48,651 nucleotides of DNA from a virus (taxonomy: Duplodnaviria; Caudoviricetes), in IMG/VR virus record IMGVR_UViG_3300010376_000047, positions 1 to 48,651 of that record; one strand, 5' to 3'. Made by a program: the position numbers and the translations under genes. The number at the start of each line of letters is the position of its first letter. Position 1 is the stretch's first letter. Below the pieces are notes generated by a model. The model was not told the DNA's origin. It was given only the letters and a program-made list of their open reading frames with translations, and did no database searches. Positions 38,340 through 45,881 of the stretch are shown one piece after another.

Positions 38340-38404
38340 TCGGTACCCTCCTTTGTTTTGGAGCATGGGCTCCAACCGTCCCTACTGCTAGGGACGGCTG
38401 CAGC

Positions 38405-38608
38405 TCACCTTCCAGTCCGTCTTGGATCTTCGAAGCGGATGTCGGCGGCAGCCAATGTCCGGTATCCGCCTGGGTCGGTATAAATCTGGATCAGTGACTT
38501 TTTGCGCCGCATTATGTAACCGTCCCTGTCGAACGTCCCTGCGGGCAAGAACTGCTTGAAGCTGATAATCAGGAATGGCCCTGTTACGAATGGATCCAGG
38601 GTATCCAA
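38405..38608 (-). CDS. hypothetical protein (start uncertain)
   Basis: Frame is open from about 38716 but the first standard start is TTG 38608, without a clear RBS. Confidence 0.4.
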   Translation of the reverse strand: MDTLDPFVTGPFLIISFKQFLPAGTFDRDGYIMRRKKSLIQIYTDPGGYRTLAAADIRFEDPRRTGR

Positions 38609-38697
38609 CCTGACTATGATCCAGACCCGGCGACCAGGACGAAGGTATTTTTCAACCTCCTCCTGGTCACCGGTTCTGATGGACTCCGCGACTGCCG

Positions 38698-39210
38698 TTA
38701 GGAAGGGTTGTTCGACCTACCGGCACGCCGCTCCGCGCGGGTGCGAGACCGACGCGGGGTTGCGGCAGCGCTCGCGCGCTTGCCGGTGGTCGTCTTCCCA
38801 GCCGAGCTTGCCCGGCCGCGTCCACGACGAGTCGTGGTCTCCTCGGCCTCCTCGGCATCGCCGTTGTCGGCCTTCGAGCGGCGACCGCTCACGACGCTGT
38901 TCTCTGCGTCGCCGTGAAGCTCCTTGGCCTCGGCCACGGAGATGCCGGCCCTGGCAGCGACCAGTTCCCAGCGCAGACCCTCGACGTCACGCATCCGGCG
39001 GATGCTCGCCTCGGTGTCCGGCTGCTCGCTGTACTCGCCGCCCGCGACCAGAGCCTTGCTCCATGCGAGCGAGGAGATCTGGCCGACGGTGACGCCCAAC
39101 TCCTGCGCCGCCTCGGAGTGGCTGGTGATGCCCGAACGAACGAGCCGCTCCAGCTTCTCCGGGGTGACCGGGTTGGTGTCCTCTGCAGGCTGTCGTCTTG
39201 CTCTTGCCAT
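38698..39210 (-). CDS. double-HTH protein with basic, histone-like C-terminal tail
   Basis: SHSEAAQELGVTVGQIS and LRWELVAARAGISVAEA; R/S/T/A-rich tail; has its own promoter. Confidence 0.75.
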   Translation of the reverse strand: MARARRQPAEDTNPVTPEKLERLVRSGITSHSEAAQELGVTVGQISSLAWSKALVAGGEYSEQPDTEASIRRMRDVEGLRWELVAARAGISVAEAKELHGDAENSVVSGRRSKADNGDAEEAEETTTRRGRGRASSAGKTTTGKRASAAATPRRSRTRAERRAGRSNNPS

Positions 39211-39257
39211 TGTTGCTCCCTCCTATTCTTACGGTTGAATGGTACCCTGCGACGTAG

Positions 39258-39286
39258 AGTATATCGCATGGGGGTGTTCCCGTCTA
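39258..39286 (-). promoter_or_regulatory. sigma70-type promoter
   Basis: TAGACG-N17-TATACT; hexamers identical to the 46483-46511 promoter. Confidence 0.75.
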
Positions 39287-39366
39287 GTCCATTTTTCCAG
39301 GGACTTTCTGGGGGAGAGTTGGATGACCCTCCGAACCGCCCGCCGTTACGCGGGCGACTCGCGGGG

Positions 39367-39654
39367 TCACCGCAGCTTCATCGTACGAAATGTCTTCCGG
39401 ATCTTCCGTTGGAAGTACGATCCGGTTGACACCGCATACGCACAAGCGACGACGCGCTGACGCGAAACGCCGAAGTACGCATAGCGGCTTCCATCCTTGA
39501 ACTGCACGACCATCCAGCGGTCGTGAATCACTCGCGGCCAACCCACCCACTCGATGTTCGACGACAGTACGCGCCGAATGTTCAGGTGAAGCGGGCCGGT
39601 CTCGGTGATGACCGTATGCTGGCCTTTCGGCTCCCAGCTCATGTCGAGAGGCAT
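39367..39654 (-). CDS. KTSC-domain protein
   Basis: SSNIEWVGW...VQFKDGSRYAYFGV...AVSTGSYFQRKIR. Confidence 0.8.
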   Translation of the reverse strand: MPLDMSWEPKGQHTVITETGPLHLNIRRVLSSNIEWVGWPRVIHDRWMVVQFKDGSRYAYFGVSRQRVVACAYAVSTGSYFQRKIRKTFRTMKLR

Positions 39655-40196
39655 TACTGATCGCCTCTACAAACCGGGCCGATCCCGAGTTGCCGGCTCA
39701 GTTCGTCGGTGAGCGTGCGGCCGCAAACGTAGCAGCGACCGATCTCGCGACCGAACCTGGGCCCTGCATCCGGATCCGCCTTGATCGCTTCCAGGATGCG
39801 CGTTCGCTCATCCCGGTTCTGGATCGGATAGCGGGTGTCGGATGCCCAGACGTCAACGAACGTCCGGCTGTGGCCGTTCTTCACGCTGTAGAACATCAGC
39901 GTGCCGTCAGGCTTCTCGATTGCGTAGCGACCGTCGCCGACGCCATCGATGGCCTTGCCGGCCTCACGCGGCTTCCAGGGAAGCGCAACCAGCGTCTCGA
40001 TGACCTGACTGACGCGAGCCTTCGGAAGCTCGGTGGGGAAGCTCATGTCGGTCTCGTTGAGCCAGACAATCTGGATCTCGTTGAGGCTCGACAGATCCTT
40101 GCCGTCACGCAGAGCGCGTAGATAGTCCATCTGCGGCTCGGTGGCGGTAGGGCCGGTGTTCCGGAACTGATCCGGAACTTGCGACCTTTTGACCAT
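39654..40196 (-). CDS. DUF6011-like Zn-ribbon protein
   Basis: GRCYVCGRTLTDELSRQLGIGPVC. Confidence 0.75.
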   Translation of the reverse strand: MVKRSQVPDQFRNTGPTATEPQMDYLRALRDGKDLSSLNEIQIVWLNETDMSFPTELPKARVSQVIETLVALPWKPREAGKAIDGVGDGRYAIEKPDGTLMFYSVKNGHSRTFVDVWASDTRYPIQNRDERTRILEAIKADPDAGPRFGREIGRCYVCGRTLTDELSRQLGIGPVCRGDQ

Positions 40197-40262
40197 TTTG
40201 GTACCCTCCTTCTGGAGCGTTATTGCTCCGGAACACCCGCCGTGACGCGGGTGAACCGCAAC

Positions 40263-40448
40263 CTAACGCTTCAGGAAATCCTCCAGATACTCGTACAGAG
40301 CGACGACATCTGGATGCTGAAGTTCTACGATTGCGACCGACTGCGGATCCTCGATGCCAATCACGAGCGATCCCTTGTCGGTGGTCGCCAGGTCGATTGA
40401 CCTGTCGTTGTCAACGCCGATCTCGATAGTGACCTTGTTGTACTGCAT
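40263..40448 (-). CDS. hypothetical protein
   Basis: 61-aa ORF translationally coupled to its neighbour. Confidence 0.55.
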   Translation of the reverse strand: MQYNKVTIEIGVDNDRSIDLATTDKGSLVIGIEDPQSVAIVELQHPDVVALYEYLEDFLKR

Positions 40449-40771
40449 CAGTCCCTCCCGAAGCCGAGCGGCAAGTCCATGCCCTCGGCGTTCTCGACTA
40501 CCAGCTCAACGTCGTTCCAGTTCCCGAGCGGGTCATCTCTGACCGACTCGATGTCGAGTCCGGTGATCTCAGCGAGCTTCTGGCCCATCGCGCTGTCCTG
40601 AAGGTTCTCAGGAAGGTTGTCGAACCAGTCTTCATACTCGCCACGGATGTCTTCCAGATCGGACAGCGCGCCGACCAACTCGTCGGCTGCCGCCAGGATC
40701 TTGTCGTACTCACTACGGCATTTCGCCGCAGCCTCTTCCCAGCGAGCACTTCTGCTCTTCTGCTTAGGCAT
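40448..40771 (-). CDS. acidic helical hypothetical protein
   Basis: MPKQKSRSARW...DNLPENLQDS; RBS GGAGG. Confidence 0.65.
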   Translation of the reverse strand: MPKQKSRSARWEEAAAKCRSEYDKILAAADELVGALSDLEDIRGEYEDWFDNLPENLQDSAMGQKLAEITGLDIESVRDDPLGNWNDVELVVENAEGMDLPLGFGRD

Positions 40772-40772
40772 G

Positions 40773-41750
40773 TTAGCCTCCCAGCTGCTTCTTACCCTGC
40801 TGCGGCTTGACGCCACGGCCAGGTGAGGACGAGATGTTCGCCTTCGCGCCAGCCGACCGCCCGCCGCCATAGGCTGCGGAGTCGAACTTGCGGTTGTCAC
40901 GAACGAGCGCGTACTTGCGACCGCTTGACGCAGTCACCGGGAACTCCGACATCATGAAGTCCCGATTGATCTGGCCCTGATCGCGGAGCGCGAGTTCCAT
41001 GCCGCCGGACGCATCCTTCTTGACCGTGTCCGCTCGCATGTCGTCGAGCCGCGATCCAATCGCATTGGCGAACCCAGCGCCGAAGTTCCGGCGATAGGTG
41101 TTCCAGTTGGCGTAGTCTTGCTGTACGCCGGTGCGCTTGCACCAACGCCTGTACGCGTGAGCGCACAGATGTCGAGCCTTGTCGGTGGTGACGTCGGTAT
41201 GGAAGCCATGCTGTTGCATAAGCGCCGCCGTCTCCAGCCAGTTCCAGCCAGCCTCCTTGAAGGTTCTGAGGTTCTCCTCATAACCCTTGTTCGGATCGTA
41301 CTTGGGACGGATCTGATCGACCAGCTGAGTCATCAGGCTGGTGAACAGAAGAGTGAACCATCCCAGGTCAGACTCCGTACCGATGACCGGCACTGTGTAG
41401 CTGGCGTACTCGCGCCGCTCGCCGCTGTAGTGTTGCTTATGGAACACGACGAGACAACCGCAGTACCGCGCTGTTGCGAGGAACATCGACCAGAGCGGAT
41501 CTGCGATCTCCGAGAATCCGCCAGCCTCAAACGCGAACTTGTAGTCAAAGTCGCGAATGACCGGCTCGCGCTCGGAGATCCTGCCCGTCTGGTGCTGCTG
41601 TACTTCCCAAAGCTCGATGCGATGACGCATCATAAGCTCGTCGGCCTTGGCGATGAACGTATCACGCTCAGCTTCGAACGTGGTAGCTTCCGCCTTGGCC
41701 AGCAGGGCTTGGATCTTCCGCAGAAGATCCGAGTTGCTGGTTGTACTCAC
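40773..41750 (-). CDS. DUF2786-domain protein
   Basis: N-terminal RKIQALLAKAEAT...AKADELMMRHRI; C-terminal YGGGRSAGAKANI. Confidence 0.75.
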   Translation of the reverse strand: MSTTSNSDLLRKIQALLAKAEATTFEAERDTFIAKADELMMRHRIELWEVQQHQTGRISEREPVIRDFDYKFAFEAGGFSEIADPLWSMFLATARYCGCLVVFHKQHYSGERREYASYTVPVIGTESDLGWFTLLFTSLMTQLVDQIRPKYDPNKGYEENLRTFKEAGWNWLETAALMQQHGFHTDVTTDKARHLCAHAYRRWCKRTGVQQDYANWNTYRRNFGAGFANAIGSRLDDMRADTVKKDASGGMELALRDQGQINRDFMMSEFPVTASSGRKYALVRDNRKFDSAAYGGGRSAGAKANISSSPGRGVKPQQGKKQLGG

Positions 41751-41830
41751 TTGGTACCCTCCTTTTATTGATTACGGTTTGATGGACATAGCGTCCGGCG
41801 CGCGTCACCTTTCGATGACGCCGCCGCGCG

Positions 41831-42085
41831 CTATGAGCCGTCGTTACGCAGAACTCCGATGCTCACCAGATACGCTTTGTAGATCGGGAACACTGCACGC
41901 CGAGTGCGAACATCGATGGCGTAGTTGTTCCGTTGAAGAACCGCACAGGCTTGCTTCAGCGGCGAGTCACGCCACTTGGGGCCTTTCGGATTCTCCACTT
42001 CCATCTTCAGCTTGTAGTAGATCTGTAGCAAGCCGAATGCCCGGATCTGATCCGGGGTGTCGAGGATGAAGCCCTCGTCACTCAT
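41831..42085 (-). CDS. hypothetical protein
   Basis: 84-aa ORF with ATGA coupling. Confidence 0.6.
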   Translation of the reverse strand: MSDEGFILDTPDQIRAFGLLQIYYKLKMEVENPKGPKWRDSPLKQACAVLQRNNYAIDVRTRRAVFPIYKAYLVSIGVLRNDGS

Positions 42086-42303
42086 TGTTCATGCTCCTGT
42101 AGTCGAACGACGAGCTTGTCGTGCTTCTCAGCGAGGTAGATGATTGCTGCCCTCGCGTCGTACAGAGTTGAGATCACGTCCGTCCAATCCAAGTCCTTGT
42201 CGGACGATGCTCTCTCGGTGAACCGTTCGATGGCCTTGTCCAGCCACTCGATGTCGCTGACGACCGACGCCGGAATGTTCCGAACGATCTCCTCAGGATC
42301 CAT
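42082..42303 (-). CDS. hypothetical protein
   Basis: 73-aa ORF in operon. Confidence 0.6.
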   Translation of the reverse strand: MDPEEIVRNIPASVVSDIEWLDKAIERFTERASSDKDLDWTDVISTLYDARAAIIYLAEKHDKLVVRLQEHEQ

Positions 42304-42511
42304 CTTCGATCCTTATGGAGTCTTGAAGGAACTTCCACTCGGGATGTTCGTCAGCGTTCTTGTTGATCCACTCCTCGACCTTGCTCTCATCGAACGAGTT
42401 GAAAGCAATCTCCAATCCGTCGAACGGATCAGTCGGATCATAGGAGTAGATGCCCGTCGGCGTTGCCGCCTCAGGACGCCAGATGACCGCGACGTACAGA
42501 CGCTTCTCCAT
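42293..42511 (-). CDS. hypothetical protein
   Basis: 72-aa ORF with TGATG coupling. Confidence 0.6.
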   Translation of the reverse strand: MEKRLYVAVIWRPEAATPTGIYSYDPTDPFDGLEIAFNSFDESKVEEWINKNADEHPEWKFLQDSIRIEDGS

Positions 42512-42720
42512 CAGTTGTCCCTGACGATGACGATCTGATCGGTGCGGATCATGTGCTCCTTATGAGCACCAGGGCCATTCTTGGCGACGAACTTGATCCA
42601 CTCGACGCCATGCTCATCCATGAAGACTTCCGCCTCGTTGGTGAACAGAACGGTCTCCATCCCAGGCGCGAACAGAATGCGCATGGGGTAGCCCAGGATG
42701 ATATTCCCGGACTCGTTCAT
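42511..42720 (-). CDS. hypothetical protein
   Basis: 69 aa; preceded by the extended RBS. Confidence 0.7.
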   Translation of the reverse strand: MNESGNIILGYPMRILFAPGMETVLFTNEAEVFMDEHGVEWIKFVAKNGPGAHKEHMIRTDQIVIVRDN

Positions 42721-42796
42721 ACGGTACCCTCCTTTTGGTTACGTGATCGGACATCCGAACACGAGGCCGCACCGAGTGACCGGTGCGACTTCCTGC

Positions 42797-43126
42797 TCAG
42801 AACTCCGTCAACTCAGCTTCGCCGCCACAACGCTTGCAGCGGAAGTAAGTTGATTGGCCGGCATAGGCTTCGATCTCATGCTTGCCGTGAGGCTTATTCC
42901 AATCAGGACATTCGCCTTCGGCATCGTAGCCTTCCAGATTGCCGTAGCAGGTTCCCTTGCGGGAATGCTCGACGCGCAGGATGATGTTCTCAGGCTTGGT
43001 CGAGACCCATGCACCGCAGAACTTACAGTGCAAGAGTTCCTGCCAAGGCTCGTGATCATCCCAGGGTGGCTCGCGAGTCACCCATGCGTCATACGCGCGA
43101 GCGTCGATGCCCGAGTGACTGTACAT
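42797..43126 (-). CDS. Cys-rich Zn-ribbon protein
   Basis: CKFCG...CKRCGG. Confidence 0.65.
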   Translation of the reverse strand: MYSHSGIDARAYDAWVTREPPWDDHEPWQELLHCKFCGAWVSTKPENIILRVEHSRKGTCYGNLEGYDAEGECPDWNKPHGKHEIEAYAGQSTYFRCKRCGGEAELTEF

Positions 43127-43127
43127 C

Positions 43128-43721
43128 TCAGACCTTGTTACTCGGGCTCAGGTTGTGATACTGCTCGACGATCCAGGAATGAACACCGTCGTGGAATGAC
43201 TCGGTGTAGACGGCAAAGAGATCCTCTTCACCGTCGTCACCGTAATGTCCGACGACATCCTGGCAGATCTGCTCCCAGTTGGGATCATCGGCGAACTCAC
43301 CGCCAACTCGCGGCTCGGGAAGTGAATCCAGGATCTCAGGATCTCCTTCCTCAATGCCGGTGAGGATCTTCGAGAGGAACATGAACGGCTCAGGCGTGTT
43401 GCCGTCGATCATCCAGGACGCAGCGTTGCGTCCATCTTCGCGACCACGCTCGCGCATGTCACGGTATTCCTTCTCAGGAAGCCGCACTGTCATGTCGATG
43501 ACGTTGTCGTTGTTGATCTCGGACACACGATTGGCGTACTCGCCGAACAGGTGATGGTGGAGCGTCTGGATGTCGGACAGCGTTGCGTAGTGCAAGAAGT
43601 TCTGCACAGCAACACCGACTTCCTTGCTGCTCACTACGAAGCCACCGCCATCGTGATCAACGGTATGGACTTCGCGGCCATCATCCTCTACTCTCATCGA
43701 GTAGATCGCTCTGACCTTCAT
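43128..43721 (-). CDS. acidic hypothetical protein
   Basis: 197 aa; preceded by the extended RBS. Confidence 0.7.
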   Translation of the reverse strand: MKVRAIYSMRVEDDGREVHTVDHDGGGFVVSSKEVGVAVQNFLHYATLSDIQTLHHHLFGEYANRVSEINNDNVIDMTVRLPEKEYRDMRERGREDGRNAASWMIDGNTPEPFMFLSKILTGIEEGDPEILDSLPEPRVGGEFADDPNWEQICQDVVGHYGDDGEEDLFAVYTESFHDGVHSWIVEQYHNLSPSNKV

Positions 43722-43799
43722 TTGGTACCCTCCTTTGTTTTCTCAGTCCGTGTCCAGTATGAACACGAGGCGACGGGCATGAAGCCCGTCACTTCCTGC

Positions 43800-44033
43800 T
43801 CACTTACTGGCCTTGCTCTTCTCCCACTTCTTGAACTCTGAGGCGGTGAAGTAGTACGGGACTTGCTCTTCGATCTGCTTCAACGCAAGATCGCACTCAG
43901 CGTCGTTGTTCGCGTCGTACAATCCATGGGCGCACGCACTATCGAGTACGTCCATCGCGATGTCATGCGGATCGAGCGGGCTGCCGTTCTCCTTGAAGAG
44001 ATTGATCATCTCCTCGATGATTTCCTCCAACAT
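43800..44033 (-). CDS. hypothetical protein
   Basis: MLEEIIEEMINLF...; coupled start. Confidence 0.6.
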   Translation of the reverse strand: MLEEIIEEMINLFKENGSPLDPHDIAMDVLDSACAHGLYDANNDAECDLALKQIEEQVPYYFTASEFKKWEKSKASK

Positions 44034-44308
44034 CACGCAGCCTCCTCGACCTTGAGCCACTTCTTGATGCCGGCCTTCAGCATCTCGTCAGGACAGCAAG
44101 CGTCGAAGTGCGGATTGAGGACAACCTCGTACCGCAGCTTCGTGTTGCTCCTGATCCGGATTTGACGCTTCGTCCGCAGGTTCGTGGCGTTCCATCCGCC
44201 GTACATGCTCTCGCCGTCGATCCGAATGATCGACAGCTTGCCATACGGGGATGACGTGTGCTTGATGGCGTAGTAACCGCCGACCTTGACGTGCTTCTTC
44301 TTGATCAT
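44033..44308 (-). CDS. basic hypothetical protein
   Basis: MIKKKHVKVGGYY...GGWNATNLRTKRQIRIRS. Confidence 0.65.
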   Translation of the reverse strand: MIKKKHVKVGGYYAIKHTSSPYGKLSIIRIDGESMYGGWNATNLRTKRQIRIRSNTKLRYEVVLNPHFDACCPDEMLKAGIKKWLKVEEAA

Positions 44309-44568
44309 CAGTCCACTTCCCATCCGTCGTCGAGCAGTTCATCGACGTTCTTGAAGACATGCATCTTACTGTCCTCACCGATGTCGCCGAAGATCGTGGT
44401 GTTGAGCTTGACCTGGATGGGATCGTTCTCACCAATCTTCTCCATGCCAGCGTACACCAGTGCCGTCTCCATGAACCCATCGCGGTAACGCTTGATGGGC
44501 AGCACCAAGTGCGGCCACTTGAACGGGTCGAGGATCATATTGCGATGATCCTCTCGCGTATGGTACAT
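44308..44568 (-). CDS. hypothetical protein
   Basis: MYHTREDH...LLDDGWEVD; preceded by the extended RBS. Confidence 0.7.
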   Translation of the reverse strand: MYHTREDHRNMILDPFKWPHLVLPIKRYRDGFMETALVYAGMEKIGENDPIQVKLNTTIFGDIGEDSKMHVFKNVDELLDDGWEVD

Positions 44569-44670
44569 TGGTACCCTCCTTTGGGCATTACGTGATCGCG
44601 GATTGCGAACACGAAGCCCCAAAGCATGCTTTTTTCTAGGCTCTCTTTTTCACGCTTTGGGACTTCCTAC

Positions 44671-44808
44671 TCACATCTCGCGCTTGATTGATTCCTTGCG
44701 GTCGCGTCTGTGTCGATTTGACCGCGCCTTGTCCTCAGCTTTCGCTATGGACTTGGATCTGCTGCCCGAGGCGATCTGTAGCTGCTTGCCTTTCAGCTTT
44801 TTGCTCAT
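44671..44808 (-). CDS. 45-aa highly basic peptide (absent from the ORF track)
   Basis: MSKKLKGKQLQIASGSRSKSIAKAEDKARSNRHRRDRKESIKREM*; ATGA overlap. Confidence 0.55.
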   Translation of the reverse strand: MSKKLKGKQLQIASGSRSKSIAKAEDKARSNRHRRDRKESIKREM

Positions 44809-45158
44809 TCGATGATCGCCTTGAACTCTTCGGGGATGAGCCCGAGCCGCTTGAGATCCTTCATCAAGCGGTATGTCGCGCCGAGCAGGTCGTTGAAGTC
44901 ACTGGATGTCAAGCGGTCGATCTTCGTAACCTTGCCATGCCAGTGCTCCATTGCCTCGTCCGGAGGAGTTGCCCACGGCGGCAGCTTCATCCAGCCACCA
45001 TCGCCATGCACATACTCTGCAGCTTTTCCCAAGCTTCCTGCCATCTCAGGCTTGACTCGCCATTCGACGTACTCCGGGCCTTCGTCATCCGATTGCGTCA
45101 CAACGTAACGCATCTCGTAGATGACGTCGTCATCGGGATCGTGCCAAGTAAACATCAC
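44805..45158 (-). CDS. hypothetical protein
   Basis: 117-aa ORF in operon. Confidence 0.65.
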   Translation of the reverse strand: MMFTWHDPDDDVIYEMRYVVTQSDDEGPEYVEWRVKPEMAGSLGKAAEYVHGDGGWMKLPPWATPPDEAMEHWHGKVTKIDRLTSSDFNDLLGATYRLMKDLKRLGLIPEEFKAIIE

Positions 45159-45319
45159 TTGGCCTTTCCGGTCGTTGTCTTGATGGCCTTGTCAACCTCG
45201 ACCTTCAACTGCTTGAGTTGAGCGAGCGTGAGGTTGCCTTGAAGGCAAAACATGCCTTCGTCGATGCCGAGAACGTTGAACGTACCCGAGCCATTCTCGA
45301 CTGGAATGACCGATATCAT
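45155..45319 (-). CDS. 54-aa hypothetical protein (absent from the ORF track)
   Basis: MISVIPVENG...KTTTGKAK*; preceded by the extended RBS. Confidence 0.6.
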   Translation of the reverse strand: MISVIPVENGSGTFNVLGIDEGMFCLQGNLTLAQLKQLKVEVDKAIKTTTGKAK

Positions 45320-45393
45320 TTGGTACCCTCCTTTTGGTTCCTTGCCGTACGCGGTTGCGTACGGGAAGGCACTCTATGAGTGCCAACCCCTAC

Positions 45394-45534
45394 TCAAGCG
45401 TACTTGCGATGCTCCCATAGGATTGCCGCGAGGTATTTGACTTTTTCCCAACGCGACATTTCTTGGCCGAACTCATCGATGTCGCAACGACGCATATTCC
45501 AATCGATGAGCCAGGACTCGATCCAACGGTACAT
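45394..45534 (-). CDS. 46-aa hypothetical protein (absent from the ORF track)
   Basis: MYRWIESWLIDW...EHRKYA*; preceded by the extended RBS. Confidence 0.6.
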   Translation of the reverse strand: MYRWIESWLIDWNMRRCDIDEFGQEMSRWEKVKYLAAILWEHRKYA

Positions 45535-45554
45535 TGGTACCCTCCTTTATTGAG

Positions 45555-45881
45555 TTAGTCTTGCTCGTTCTCGTATGTCGCGCCGAGATGCTCTAGGCAA
45601 CGACCCTTGCTAAGCTCGTTCTTGACGCAGCGATGGCCGCCGCGAACGATCTTTATGAAGTACGTCTCGGCTTGACCTGGTGCCGGATTGGTTCGGCGCT
45701 TGCGAATCAGTTGCTCTTTGCCGCCGATGACGTAATCGCATTGGCGGTTGACGAATACCTCACTTGGCTTCGACTTGCGTCCTTGACCGCGCGGAGCGAT
45801 CAAACCAACGCTAAGTCCGTCGGCGTTCTTGCGGGCGAGCATCTTGTTGCGCGCGCGTAGACGCCTCGTTTGCTGATCCAT
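45555..45881 (-). CDS. basic Zn-binding-like protein, first gene of the leftward early operon
   Basis: MDQQTRRLRARNK...C...C...CLEH; variant extended RBS. Confidence 0.65.
   Translation of the reverse strand: MDQQTRRLRARNKMLARKNADGLSVGLIAPRGQGRKSKPSEVFVNRQCDYVIGGKEQLIRKRRTNPAPGQAETYFIKIVRGGHRCVKNELSKGRCLEHLGATYENEQD

Larger units (their letters stand above)
42757..44672 (-). repeat. repeated intergenic RNA stem motif TGAGYAGGAAG-[hairpin]-CYTCGTGTTC, 3 copies
   Basis: Copies at 42757-42799, 43761-43802 and 44607-44673, with different but paired inner stems. Confidence 0.8.
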
